A DNA stretch of 63,731 bases, counting the filler, from a candidate division TA06 bacterium SM23_40 (GTDB lineage: Bacteria > LJUI01 > SM1-40), in the NCBI GenBank assembly GCA_001303705.1. It is 7 parts of 7 records of this genome, joined end to end, with 100 filler letters (N's around TTAATTAATTAA, not from the genome) between each part and the next. Parts side by side here need not be neighbours in the genome. Positions count along the whole stretch, not along the records: positions 1 to 9,612 come from LJUI01000138.1; positions 9,713 to 16,140 come from LJUI01000140.1; 5 more parts are not named here. One strand, written 5' to 3'. The stretch's first letter is position 1. Every line of letters starts with the position of its first letter. Made by a program: the position numbers and the translations under genes. Of the stretch, positions 1 through 9,750 are shown one piece after another. The notes under the pieces were generated by a model. That model made no database searches, had not been told where the DNA came from, and worked only from the letters and a program-made list of their open reading frames with translations.

Positions 1-274
1 CTAGCGTCGCCGGCGTCACCGCGCTTAGCACAACCGAGTCCTGCGGGTGTTGTGGCTTCGATTTTTCTTGCTCGGTCTCTGGGAACGTCCGATAAGGGAG
101 ATTATGTCTACTTGGAGATGAATCGACACCTCTCTTCGCCCCAGCTTCTTCTCTCGGCACATCGCCGCTTCTGGGGGAACGGGCCCCTGGAAGGAGTCGT
201 GAGGATGGCGGGAAAGCGGTGGATGGAAAGGAACGGCGGAGGGGCTGGAGACGAGGGAGCGGGGTCAGTATCGT

Positions 275-3200
275 TCACGACTTGTCCCTACGCTCAGACA
301 TGGCGTTGGCGGCTTCCAGATTCTTGTGGAGCTCTTCGATGAGATCCCTGGCAAGATAGGTTGGTCTTAGCTCATCAGACAGTTGTGAGGAGATCGTGCC
401 GATCACCTGTTCCGCATTCTCCAGTTCGTCCAGGGCCTGGCTGTACTCCTCCCTTCGAAGGTAGACTTCGCCGAGACGGTGGTGCGCCTGCCAGAGGAGT
501 TCGTTCATCCCGCATTCGCGTGCCCTTTCCCCGGCCTCGCTTGCGTGGGATTGAGCTTGCCGCAGGTCACCTTGGATCAAGTGAATCCCGGCGAGAATGA
601 GATGTGCCCGCGCAGTATCTGGTACTCGGCCCGTTGCTTCTGCGAGATTCAGCAGTTCCTCTGCGTGCCGAAGGGCCTCAGGTTCATTCTTCGCGGCGAC
701 CTCCAGGGCAGCGGCGACGCCAAGGGCCTCGGAGGTTGCCTCTACCTTCCTCATCTCTCTGGCAAACTCCAGGCTCTTCAGAATGTCCCCGTGAGCTCGG
801 TCGGGTGAATGTTTGAGGAGGTGTACCATGCCCATGTCGATCCGCAACCGTGCCCTCATGTTTCTTGTGCCGATTGCCTCGGCGATGCGCCCTGCCTCTT
901 CCACGCTTTTCAACGCCTTCTCTTTGTCGCCTACGTCCATCCACAACTTACAGAGATGGTGGAGCGACTCCCACTGGCCGGCCTTGTGTCCGATCTGCTT
1001 GTGAATAGCTAACGCCTGTTCGTGGTAGTTGAGCGCGGCCTGGTACTCTCCCCGGCTCAGATAAGCATTCCCAGAATTGATCAGTGCGTTGGCCTCTCCC
1101 AGTCTGTTTCCAATACTCCGTTGAAGCGTCAGAGACTGCTCATAGTAGCCGAGCGACAGATCATAGTGACCGCGGCCATAGTGGACGTTCCCGATATTAT
1201 TGAGGGTGTTGGCCTCGCCGAGCCTATTGCCGATCTGCTTCTGGATATTCAGAGACTGCTCGTAATAGTCGAGCGAGATCTCGTAGTCGGCGAGGTCCAG
1301 ATGGACATTCCCGATATTGTTGAGTGCATTGGCCTCACCTAGCCTACTCTCGATCTGTCTTTGGATCTCCAGGGCGCTTGCGAAGTGGCTGAGGGCCTGT
1401 TCGTAATTGCCGCTATAGTAGTGGATGATCCCAAAGATGGTCAGGGTATTGGCCTCATCCTGTCTGCTTCCGCATCGCCTCTGGATAGCGAGGGCCTCCT
1501 CATGGTAGCGGAGTGCGATCTCGTAGTCATCATGGCTGTAATGGACCACGCCGATCAGGTAGAGACTTCTCGCTGTTCCTTCTTCGTCTCCAATTCGTCG
1601 CTGAATCTCCAGGGCCTTTTCCTGGTAGCTGAGTGCAACCTCAAATTCACCTTTGGCGCGGTGAGTGGTCCCCAGACCAGACAGCGCGATGGCCAGCTCA
1701 TGTTGGTCTTGTAGCCTTTCGGCGAGCCTCCCCATGGCCTCATAGTCTTCTCGGGCGCCATCGTAGTCGCCGATCAGTGCTTTCACCGCGGCCCGGCCCT
1801 TGAGCATAGCGAGCTTCATCCTCTCTGGGTCACGCTCCGGGAGCTGGGTAGGATGCTTGTCTGCCACCTCGACGCCCCTGTCGAAGTGTTCGATCGCCTC
1901 AGCATTCCCGAAAAGCCTGCTCGCATGCATGCCTGCCTTGAGCAGGTATGGGAGCGAGTGGATCTCTTTGCCTGCCTCGAGCAAATGGTGGGCTATCTTC
2001 CCCGCGTACTCGTCTCTTTCTCCGAAGCTCACCTCGAAGTACTCTGCAATGAGTCTGTGGTACTCATTCCTCAACTCAGGGATGAGCCCATCGTAAACGA
2101 CATCTCTGATCTTGCCATGGTCGAACTGATATTCGATATCAGAGGCGTGGATGAGATGGTGCGAGTCTTCCAGATCCTGTAGCGTGCGCAGTACCTTCAT
2201 GCGAGGGAGTCCCAGACAGTGGCAGAGAGTGTCGGAGTGGAAGGAACGTCCCTCTACAGAGGCGACATCTACTAGATCTCTCTCATCCCTGCTCAGGCTT
2301 CGCAATCTGTTCACGATTACGTCGTTGATTCTACCCGGGATTACCAGCTTCCTCAGCACATGAGACACTACCCATCCTCCATCCTCCTGGAGGATTACCC
2401 CTTCGTCTCGCATCAGTTGCAGCATCTCCAGGATGAAGAGAGGATTCCCTTCTGTCTCTCCATAGAGCGAGTGGACAAAGCTCTCAGATAAGGCCGAGTC
2501 GGGAAAGACTGAGTGGATTATCCCCTCGGTCGCCTCCTCGTCCAGCCTTCCGAGATCGATTTCCTCGCACAACCCCTCCCTTCTCATGTTATCCAGCACC
2601 GCAATCAGAGGATGAGCTATATCTCCATGCTTCCCAATCAGGTCTTCCGGCCGGTAGGTACCCACAATCAGTAGCCTCTCGCCCTGTAGGTTCCTCGCAA
2701 CATAGGTGAGCAAGCTCAGAGTAGGTTGGTCCGCCCAATGGAGATCCTCAACGTGAACAACTGTAGGCCTATCACGTGATATCAGTCTAACCAACTCGCA
2801 CGCTGTATCCCACAGTTGTTCCCTGTTGACCACTGATGACTCACGATCTTCCCTCACTTGAAGGAAGCCCTCGATGACCCCAATTCTTTCAGCGAGGTGT
2901 GGAGCTCTCTCCTGGATGAGATCACCCAGCCCCTCCTTGCTTCTGGCCCCCTTGACTTGCAGATAGGAGCGAACTACTTCGGTAATCGGCTCATAGGGAA
3001 AGCTTTCCTCGGCAAAGAGACATCTCCCCACCAGGTATCTGACTTTCTCTCTTTTCGCCCTTCTCCCCAGCTCCCAGACAAGGCGGGATTTCCCGATACC
3101 CGCCTCCCCCCGCACGAACACGGTGGAGCCTTCTCCCCTGAGCGCGCGCTCCAGATGACTCTCCAGAATGTCAAGCTCTCGTTTCCGTCCCACGAGAGCA

Positions 3201-4078
3201 GAATAGATGCCACGAGCTTGCTCCTCGAACACTTCCGTCGTGGCAATCAGTTCAGGAGTCGTCCCCGGAGGAGTCTCTTTCACCCTCTCCAGATCTGACC
3301 TCAGTTCCTCCGCATCTTGATATCGTTCTTGCGGTTTCTTCTGCAGAGCTTTGAACACAACCTGCTCTACCTCGATGGGTATCCCATCCCTCAATTCCTC
3401 CATTCTCAGCGGATCAGAGTTGAGGATGGAATGGATGATCGTACCCGGATGCTCCCCTTCAAATGGGAGCGTGCCTGTGAGCAGCTGATAGAGCAGAACT
3501 CCGAGGGAAAAGACGTCGCTCCTCACGTCTGTCTGGAGACCGACCGCCTGTTGGGGTGACATGTAGTGCAGTGTGCCAACGATCTCATACTTCTCGGTCA
3601 AAGCAGAGGCCTCCAGTATCCGTGCCAGCCCGAAGTCCATGATCTTGACGTTGCCGTTGTACACCATGATGTTCGCGGGTTTGATATCGCGATGGACGAT
3701 ACCCTTCCGGTGGGCGGCAGCGAGGGCATCCGCAATCTTCAATCCGATCTCGATGGCTCTATCTATGGCAACTCTCTCCTCCCGCATGACAGCGTCAAGG
3801 GTCCTTCCTTCGACGAGTTCCATTGCGATGAATAATCGATCGTTCTCCTCTCCTACTTCATAAACCTTGACGATACCGGGATGATCGAGCTGCATCGCCG
3901 CCTTCGCTTCTCTCAGGAACCGTCTGCGAACGACATCATCTGACGAGAGGTGAGGAAGAAGCACTTTCAGAGCCACGGATCTCCGGGTTCGCAGGTCTGT
4001 CGCCTGGTAGACTGCAGCCATCCCTCCGTGCCCCAGTTCTTCTGTTATCTTGTAATGGGAGAGTGTTTTGCTGATCAT
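275..4078 (-). CDS. Ser/Thr protein kinase - AAA_16/STAND ATPase - TPR repeat protein
   Basis: Kinase motifs GHGGMAAVY, VALK, HRDIKPAN, DFGLA; Walker A GEAGIGKS and Walker B VVHVEDLHW; many C-terminal TPR repeats (EANALNNIGNVH). Start set at ATG 4078 (MISKTLSHY); the ORF track extends to 4153. Confidence 0.9.
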   Translation of the reverse strand: MISKTLSHYKITEELGHGGMAAVYQATDLRTRRSVALKVLLPHLSSDDVVRRRFLREAKAAMQLDHPGIVKVYEVGEENDRLFIAMELVEGRTLDAVMREERVAIDRAIEIGLKIADALAAAHRKGIVHRDIKPANIMVYNGNVKIMDFGLARILEASALTEKYEIVGTLHYMSPQQAVGLQTDVRSDVFSLGVLLYQLLTGTLPFEGEHPGTIIHSILNSDPLRMEELRDGIPIEVEQVVFKALQKKPQERYQDAEELRSDLERVKETPPGTTPELIATTEVFEEQARGIYSALVGRKRELDILESHLERALRGEGSTVFVRGEAGIGKSRLVWELGRRAKREKVRYLVGRCLFAEESFPYEPITEVVRSYLQVKGARSKEGLGDLIQERAPHLAERIGVIEGFLQVREDRESSVVNREQLWDTACELVRLISRDRPTVVHVEDLHWADQPTLSLLTYVARNLQGERLLIVGTYRPEDLIGKHGDIAHPLIAVLDNMRREGLCEEIDLGRLDEEATEGIIHSVFPDSALSESFVHSLYGETEGNPLFILEMLQLMRDEGVILQEDGGWVVSHVLRKLVIPGRINDVIVNRLRSLSRDERDLVDVASVEGRSFHSDTLCHCLGLPRMKVLRTLQDLEDSHHLIHASDIEYQFDHGKIRDVVYDGLIPELRNEYHRLIAEYFEVSFGERDEYAGKIAHHLLEAGKEIHSLPYLLKAGMHASRLFGNAEAIEHFDRGVEVADKHPTQLPERDPERMKLAMLKGRAAVKALIGDYDGAREDYEAMGRLAERLQDQHELAIALSGLGTTHRAKGEFEVALSYQEKALEIQRRIGDEEGTARSLYLIGVVHYSHDDYEIALRYHEEALAIQRRCGSRQDEANTLTIFGIIHYYSGNYEQALSHFASALEIQRQIESRLGEANALNNIGNVHLDLADYEISLDYYEQSLNIQKQIGNRLGEANTLNNIGNVHYGRGHYDLSLGYYEQSLTLQRSIGNRLGEANALINSGNAYLSRGEYQAALNYHEQALAIHKQIGHKAGQWESLHHLCKLWMDVGDKEKALKSVEEAGRIAEAIGTRNMRARLRIDMGMVHLLKHSPDRAHGDILKSLEFAREMRKVEATSEALGVAAALEVAAKNEPEALRHAEELLNLAEATGRVPDTARAHLILAGIHLIQGDLRQAQSHASEAGERARECGMNELLWQAHHRLGEVYLRREEYSQALDELENAEQVIGTISSQLSDELRPTYLARDLIEELHKNLEAANAMSERRDKS

Positions 4079-4271
4079 CTTCTCGCCAAACGCAAATCGG
4101 CAGTCAGTCGTCGGCTGGATGCCTGAGGCCCGAGTAATATGCCTCCGCCCCACTCTCAGTGCGCTCCGCCTGGCCTAGCGGGCTCGCTCCGCCCCGCTGG
4201 CGAAATGGGTCCGGGCATTACCGTTGTTGGATGCGGTGACTCCGATGGCTCGGAACAGTAGTTCATTGGCT

Positions 4272-4300
4272 ACGATACTCAGTCCTCGTATGGTTGTCAA
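4272..4300 (-). promoter_or_regulatory. sigma70-type promoter for the kinase-TPR gene
   Basis: TTGACA-17 bp-TATCGT on the minus strand. Confidence 0.6.
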
Positions 4301-4407
4301 TCCCCATCTCTCCCCTGGTGGCGCCCTTCGGCAGCTACGACTATTGGTGGAGGCAACGTCCACTTGGGCACAGACAAGCCCTCCGCGCACTCCCCTCCGA
4401 TAGAATG

Positions 4408-4430
4408 AAAAAGGGTCCCAAAGGGGCCCT
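4408..4430 (-). terminator. Intrinsic terminator after tRNA-Arg
   Basis: AGGGCCCC-TTT-GGGACCCT stem followed by TTTT, just 3' of the tRNA. Confidence 0.6.
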
Positions 4431-4438
4431 CTCGAAGG

Positions 4439-4512
<74 letters not shown>

Positions 4513-4542
4513 GCAATAACTTACGAGATCGCAGAATGTGAC

Positions 4543-4560
4543 TGTGCCAGATTTGTGCCA
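4543..4560. repeat. TGTGCCA direct repeat pair (candidate integrase arm-type sites)
   Basis: TGTGCCA at 4543-4549 and 4554-4560 (11-bp period), between the integrase and the tRNA 5' end. Confidence 0.5.
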
Positions 4561-4649
4561 ACTTGGAGACTCAGTGGATCAGTCTGTTAGAGACGAAGCG
4601 ACCCCGGATCTGGGGAGGTGCCTCCGTGCAAGCTCGATATCGGAGCGTG

Positions 4650-5321
4650 CTATTGGTCATAGGAAGGAGGACACGGCTCCACGGGAGCGTATAGTATTTC
4701 GCCTTTCTCTATGAAGGCGATGCAGTCTTCTAGCATTCCGATTACAGCCCAATACTCGATGGCGGGCTGAGCTTGCTCCTCCCCTCCCTCATCTCTGCCT
4801 TCTTTCAGCGCCTCTTGCTCCCGGAGCTTTGATCTCAGGTGCTCCAATGCTGGTTCTCCAACCTCCGTAATGCGCTGAAGAAGTATCTCGCAGTTCGTTT
4901 CGCCAAGATAGTGAGAAGTCAGATCAACGAGGTGCTTGATACTCTCAGACGTTCCTATTTGAACAAGTCTGCACATCCCGATGCAGACTGCCTCATCGTA
5001 TCTGTCCCATTCCGCTTTGAACCTGTACCATTCTTCGCTCGGACCGTTCTCCCCTTCCGGGGCGCGTGTCATTTGTGCCCATACGGATTCGCTGCCTTCT
5101 CTAGACAGCAACATGACCGCCTTCACTATCTGCGGATCGTCGAGCCTGCCGAAGAGGGCCTCCATTCTCGGCACAGCTTCCTTGTACGAGATAGTGTGAT
5201 CCTCGGCGATGTGCTGCAGCTCTGCGAACTGCTCGAGGGACTCCGATGAGGACGCAGAAGCGCAGATCACGGACACGCACGCCAGAAGCAGACCTACTTG
5301 TGTTCTTTCGCTCCATTTCAT
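4650..5321 (-). CDS. Hypothetical secreted protein
   Basis: GGAGGTG RBS, N-terminal signal peptide (MKWSERTQVGLLLACVSVICASA), acidic helical body. Confidence 0.7.
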   Translation of the reverse strand: MKWSERTQVGLLLACVSVICASASSSESLEQFAELQHIAEDHTISYKEAVPRMEALFGRLDDPQIVKAVMLLSREGSESVWAQMTRAPEGENGPSEEWYRFKAEWDRYDEAVCIGMCRLVQIGTSESIKHLVDLTSHYLGETNCEILLQRITEVGEPALEHLRSKLREQEALKEGRDEGGEEQAQPAIEYWAVIGMLEDCIAFIEKGEILYAPVEPCPPSYDQ

Positions 5322-5503
5322 GTCGTTCACCTCCCGCTCGGGCAGCAGCATTTGATTGCCCTGCCCCCTCTTCCAACTGGATCCATGACCCGGTCATGAA
5401 CCACTGCTGCTCTGGCAATCGCACCAAATCTTCGCCGCTCGCCAAGTCTGGCGCCGTGAGCCAGTCATGATTGGAGCTAGCGAGGTGGTTTGTCGTGGAC
5501 AAT

Positions 5504-6550
5504 CTAGCGATCGTCCGACTTGTCACGCACTCGGGGTTCGTCCAGTGTGCCCAGGAGTTGCCTCGCAAGAGACTCCGCCGCTCCCTCGAGGTGCTTATGC
5601 GAGAGATGGGAGTATCTCATCGTCATCGAGAGGCCCTTGTGACCCAAGAGCTCCTGTACCGTCCTCAGATCTGCTCCCCCCATCATCAGGTGAGAGGCAA
5701 AGGTATGCCTGAGGTCATGAAACCTGAAATCCTCGATCCCGGCCCTTTTCACTGCTCCCCTGAACCCCTTCTTGATATCGCCATATGGCCTCCCCTCGGA
5801 GTCGCAAAACAGAAAGTCGCTCCGAATATGCCTGGGAGTTTTCTTCAGTTCCTGAAGTAGTGTGGAGTTAATCGGGATGGTCCTCTGCTCGTTGTTCTTG
5901 GAGTTCCGAACGGTGACCGTCCTCTGCCTGAGGTTCACGTCCTGCCACTTGAGTGATAGAAGTTCGGATCTTCTCATTCCAGTGTGAATCGCAGCGACCA
6001 CAATGCGACGTACGTGCGGCGAGCAGTGAGCCAAGAGCGCATCGATCTCCTCTTGCTGGAGATATCGCACCCTTCCGGGCGGCTCTTTCAGCTTCTTGAC
6101 GGCCTTTGCTGGGTTCTCCCGAACATACCCCCATTCTATAGCCTTAGTGTAGAGGTGCTTAAGACAGGAAAGCTCACGGTTGATGGTGGCGGGTGAAACG
6201 CGTTGCCGTCGTTTGGCTACATATTGCTCGATATGCTTGGTAGAGATGTTGCCAATGTATTCATCGCCGAAGTGAGGGATGAGGTTCGGCCTGAGGCTCG
6301 TAATATCACGCTCATATGAGGACTTAGCCTTCCTCAGTTCAGAAAACTCTAGATATTCCTCAGCCACCTCCTCAAACACTAGGCGCCGATCCTCGTACGC
6401 GCCCAAGAACTCGCCCTTGACGACCTTCACTTCGATGTCCTTGAGCGCGAGCTCCGCCAGCCGCTTCGACCGGCCGATCCTCCGGCGGATACGCCGGCCC
6501 TTATGGGTGAAGTCCACGTACCAGTATCTGCCTCGTTTGTAGGTTCTCAC
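5504..6550 (-). CDS. Tyrosine recombinase / phage-type integrase
   Basis: N-terminal arm-binding-like YKRGRYWYVDF, SAM-like domain, TGMRRSEL (R), SKN (K), FHDLRH (HxxR), LGH, RYSH (Y); GTG start at 6550 after GAGGAG. Confidence 0.95.
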   Translation of the reverse strand: MRTYKRGRYWYVDFTHKGRRIRRRIGRSKRLAELALKDIEVKVVKGEFLGAYEDRRLVFEEVAEEYLEFSELRKAKSSYERDITSLRPNLIPHFGDEYIGNISTKHIEQYVAKRRQRVSPATINRELSCLKHLYTKAIEWGYVRENPAKAVKKLKEPPGRVRYLQQEEIDALLAHCSPHVRRIVVAAIHTGMRRSELLSLKWQDVNLRQRTVTVRNSKNNEQRTIPINSTLLQELKKTPRHIRSDFLFCDSEGRPYGDIKKGFRGAVKRAGIEDFRFHDLRHTFASHLMMGGADLRTVQELLGHKGLSMTMRYSHLSHKHLEGAAESLARQLLGTLDEPRVRDKSDDR

Positions 6551-6567
6551 GGTCGGATATCGTCTCC

Positions 6568-7950
6568 TCACTCGAAATGTGCGCTGACTGCTATTGGCAC
6601 CAGCACCATCCGCTTCGTCTCCGTGAACTCGACTGCTTCCAGACGGCAGAGGTAGACGCCGCTCGCTACCTCTCGACCTCGCGCATCGCGGCCATCCCAG
6701 GTCACAGTATAGGAACCAGGAGGCTGCTCTGCATCAACTAGCGTAACCAGTGCCTGACCGAGCAAGTTATAGATCACGAGCCGCACCGTGGTGCCTTTCG
6801 ATCCTTCGATCCCAGGCACCACGTACGTAATACTTGTGGAGCTAGCAAACGGATTGGGCACGTTTGGACCCAACCGCAGTGTCCGCTCGGTCTCCAGTTC
6901 CTCATCCGCCCCATCTTCTACATTCACAAACCTCCTCTGGAACTTCTGAATTCGGTCGTGACTATAGTCCGATACGTATACGTTGCCGTAGAAGTCAGTA
7001 GTGATCCCCGCGATCATTCCAAACTGCCCTGGCTCTGAGCCATGAGAACCCCACATCGTGACAAGGGCGCCCAGGCTGTCGAATTTGCTCACCCGGCTCA
7101 GCCACCAGTCTCCCATGAAAAGACTACCTTCTGGATCGGTCGCCATATCATGGAGCATCTGGAACTGGCCTGGCCCGCTCCCGAAGGCACCAAACCAGAG
7201 AATCGTGTTCCCAACCACGTCACTCCGATAGATGCGCTTCTCTGGCACCGGTTCCGATCTCGACCACACCGCGTAGACAGACCTGGAATATGTCGCCACT
7301 ACGTGGTCGTGGTAGGTCATCGAATCGGGCGGGCCCCACAACGTGTCGAATTCGCCGCCACTCGTAAACCGCTGGACTCGGTAGTTATCCGTGTCTACAA
7401 CGTAGACATACCCGCTATCCCCTGAGGCAATACTTTGAGGATGGTCAAGCTGTCCGGGCTCGTGGCCGTATCCCCCAAACTCAAGCACAAACTGGCCAAG
7501 GCTGTCGAATTTCTCTACTCTGTCATTGCCCCTATCTATGACGAAGATGTAGCTGCTATCGTCCACGGCAACGTCCCGCGGCGCGTGGAATTGGCCTGGT
7601 CCCTGGCCACACTCCCCGAACATCAACAGGAAGTTCCCCAAGCTGTCGAACTTCTGGACACGGCAGTTCAGGTCGTCGCAGACATAGATGTTTCCGTACC
7701 GATCGTTCCCCATCCCGGTAGCTCCGTTGAACTGCCCCGGCCCTGACCCATGTTCCCCCCATGAGAGCACATACTCGTAGACCTCGGTCGTATCGGGGGT
7801 CGCGAGCGCATCACGATAGTCCAGAGAGTAGAGGTCAGTCGCAACCGCGTCTCCTGATGCCAGAACTCCCCTGGGAAGCAGCAGCGCAAAAATCAGAGTC
7901 AATGTGCGGAGTGTCGATGCATTCTGCCTCAACAACCTTCGTCCATCCAT
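6568..7950 (-). CDS. NHL-repeat beta-propeller protein with C-terminal FlgD-Ig/T9SS-type CTD
   Basis: Repeated G-S-G-P-G-Q-F...D..GN.YV.D..N.RVQKFD units; C-terminal PNPF...WDGRD..G.EVASGVY. Confidence 0.9.
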   Translation of the reverse strand: MDGRRLLRQNASTLRTLTLIFALLLPRGVLASGDAVATDLYSLDYRDALATPDTTEVYEYVLSWGEHGSGPGQFNGATGMGNDRYGNIYVCDDLNCRVQKFDSLGNFLLMFGECGQGPGQFHAPRDVAVDDSSYIFVIDRGNDRVEKFDSLGQFVLEFGGYGHEPGQLDHPQSIASGDSGYVYVVDTDNYRVQRFTSGGEFDTLWGPPDSMTYHDHVVATYSRSVYAVWSRSEPVPEKRIYRSDVVGNTILWFGAFGSGPGQFQMLHDMATDPEGSLFMGDWWLSRVSKFDSLGALVTMWGSHGSEPGQFGMIAGITTDFYGNVYVSDYSHDRIQKFQRRFVNVEDGADEELETERTLRLGPNVPNPFASSTSITYVVPGIEGSKGTTVRLVIYNLLGQALVTLVDAEQPPGSYTVTWDGRDARGREVASGVYLCRLEAVEFTETKRMVLVPIAVSAHFE

Positions 7951-8084
7951 TTCAGCCACCTCTCTCGTCTGTCATCAGAGGGTCAGACATCCGATATCTG
8001 CATCTGTCCTGAGAGTCGAAGGGGTTGTGTCCCTAATATTGTGTAAAATCGCAGACCGGGTGTAGAAAGGTGTTGAGCCACAGC

Positions 8085-8162
8085 GGTTCCGTTGTATCTT
8101 GGGGTAATAACCATTCACCCTTAGGTTCCGTTGTATCTTGGGGTAATAACCATTCACCCTTA
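8085..8162 (+). repeat. Exact 39-bp tandem duplication in the IS256 left end
   Basis: GGTTCCGTTGTATCTTGGGGTAATAACCATTCACCCTTA twice (8085-8123, 8124-8162). Confidence 0.95.
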
Positions 8163-8181
8163 GGTACAGGAGGAACTCGCC

Positions 8182-9390
8182 ATGGCTCAATCCCAAGCTA
8201 GCACGAATCCGTCGGATCTGCAACAGATTCTCCTTGATGATCCTGAGTTCTTGCGCGGCATCGTTGAGGAGACTCTCCAGCAGCTCCTCGAGGGCGAACT
8301 TGCCGCTCACCTGGGCGCCGATCACTATGAACGGACCGAGCGGCGCAAAGGGTATCGTAACGGCGGCTATCCTCGAACGGTGAAGACGCGGGTGGGGCCT
8401 ATCCAGCTCTTGGTTCCCCGTGACCGCAAAGGCACCTTTCAGCCCTCACTCTTCGGTCGCTATCAGCGCAATGAGAAGGCGTTGGTGCTCGCACTGATGG
8501 AGATGGTCATCCAAGGGGTCTCCACCCGCAAGGTTACTGAGATCACTGAGACGCTGTGTGGCAGTTCATTCTCCCGCAGCATGGTCTCCTCGCTGGCAGC
8601 CGGTCTGGACGGCCAGCTCGAAGCCTGGCGCACCCGCCCGCTCGAGGGGGAGTGGCCCTACCTGTTCGTCGATGCACGGTATGAGAAGGTACGTCACGAT
8701 AGTCGAGTCGTCAGCATGGCAGCGGTCACCGTCGTCGGGGTGAATGGCGCCGGCTACCGATCGATTCTGGCAGTCGATGTCAATCACAGCGAGAATGAGG
8801 CAGACTACGCGGAGCTGTTCCGCCGGCTGTACCACCGTGGTCTGAGAGGGGTCCAGTTAGTCATATCCGACCGCCACGAGGGGCTTCGCCGGGCGATCGA
8901 CCGCTTCTTCCAGGGTGCCTGCTGGCAACGGTGCCAGGTTCACTTCATGCGCAATCTGATGATCCGCTTACGCCGCCGCGACCGCAGCTGGGTGTTAGGA
9001 GCCCTCAGGAATGTCTACGATGCACCCGACCGCCCGCAGGCTGAAGAGCGGCTTCGTGAGCTCGTCGACCAGTTGCGCCCGAACTATCCGGAACTGGCCG
9101 AATGGCTCGAAGCCGAGGGCCCCGAGACCCTCGCGGTCTTCTCGTTCCCTGAGGCACACCGTCGCCGCATCCGCACGACCAACGGCCAGGAGCGGCTGCA
9201 CCAGGAGATTCGCCGCCGCACACGAGTAGTTCGAATCTTTCCCCATCGAGCCTCCTGCCTGCGCCTTGTCTCTGCCCTGTGCCAGGAACAGGACGAAGAA
9301 TGGATGACCGGCAGGCGGTATCTTGACATGTCCTTGTTGTCCGACAATCAGGAGGTAGCCATCGCTGAGGCGGTCCGCCGGGCCGGGTGA
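8182..9390 (+). CDS. IS256-family (Mutator) DDE transposase
   Basis: GYRNG, VPRDR, QGVSTRKV, FVDA (D), ISDRHEG (D), RCQVH (CxxH), TTNGQER (E); AGGAGG RBS. Confidence 0.95.
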   Translation: MAQSQASTNPSDLQQILLDDPEFLRGIVEETLQQLLEGELAAHLGADHYERTERRKGYRNGGYPRTVKTRVGPIQLLVPRDRKGTFQPSLFGRYQRNEKALVLALMEMVIQGVSTRKVTEITETLCGSSFSRSMVSSLAAGLDGQLEAWRTRPLEGEWPYLFVDARYEKVRHDSRVVSMAAVTVVGVNGAGYRSILAVDVNHSENEADYAELFRRLYHRGLRGVQLVISDRHEGLRRAIDRFFQGACWQRCQVHFMRNLMIRLRRRDRSWVLGALRNVYDAPDRPQAEERLRELVDQLRPNYPELAEWLEAEGPETLAVFSFPEAHRRRIRTTNGQERLHQEIRRRTRVVRIFPHRASCLRLVSALCQEQDEEWMTGRRYLDMSLLSDNQEVAIAEAVRRAG

Positions 9391-9475
9391 GCCTAGCTCG
9401 CTTCGCACTCTATCCGATCACCCGGTCCATCCCAAGAATACGGAACCAATTTACACAAGATTTCGGACTTGACTA

Positions 9476-9612
9476 AACTTTGTACGAATAAGGCATTGTT
9501 TTGCGCATGAGTTTGGTCGTCTAACCGACAAGCAGAGATCACACATATCATTGTTTCTGCAAGAGCTAAGAAATGGTACTGTAACACTGCAACACAAGAG
9601 GCATACACAAGG
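9476..9612 (+). pseudogene. 5'-truncated AT-rich ORF fragment with HEPN-like R-x4-H motif
   Basis: Frame open from the IS end to the contig end: NFVRIRHCFAHEFGRLTDKQRSHISLFLQELRNG...; not in the ORF track because it has no start codon. Confidence 0.45.
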
Positions 9613-9712
9613 NNNNNNNNNNNNNNNNNNNNNNNNNNNNNNNNNNNNNNNNNNNNTTAATTAATTAANNNNNNNNNNNNNNNNNNNNNNNNNNNNNNNN
9701 NNNNNNNNNNNN
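9613..9712. other. Artificial contig linker
   Basis: N-run/TTAATTAATTAA/N-run (stops in six frames). Confidence 0.99.
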
Positions 9713-9750
9713 GCCCGCAGCCCTCAAGAAAATGGAGAAGATCTTCTTCC

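Larger units (their letters stand above)
8023..9474 (+). mobile_element. IS256-family insertion sequence
   Basis: Imperfect terminal inverted repeats (8023-8047 GGTTGTGTCCCTAATATTGTGTAAA vs reverse complement of 9450-9474, 18/25 match) around the transposase; no matching flanking direct repeat. Confidence 0.85.

Noticed and set aside
5504-6550. Integron integrase with gene cassettes
   Set aside because: No IntI-specific insertion is evident, the protein has a phage-type arm domain, and I found no attC-like repeats.
4590-6621. Invertible segment bounded by the 11-bp inverted repeat GAGACGAAGCG
   Set aside because: Inversion gives no sensible alternative C-terminus; a single short match is compatible with chance.
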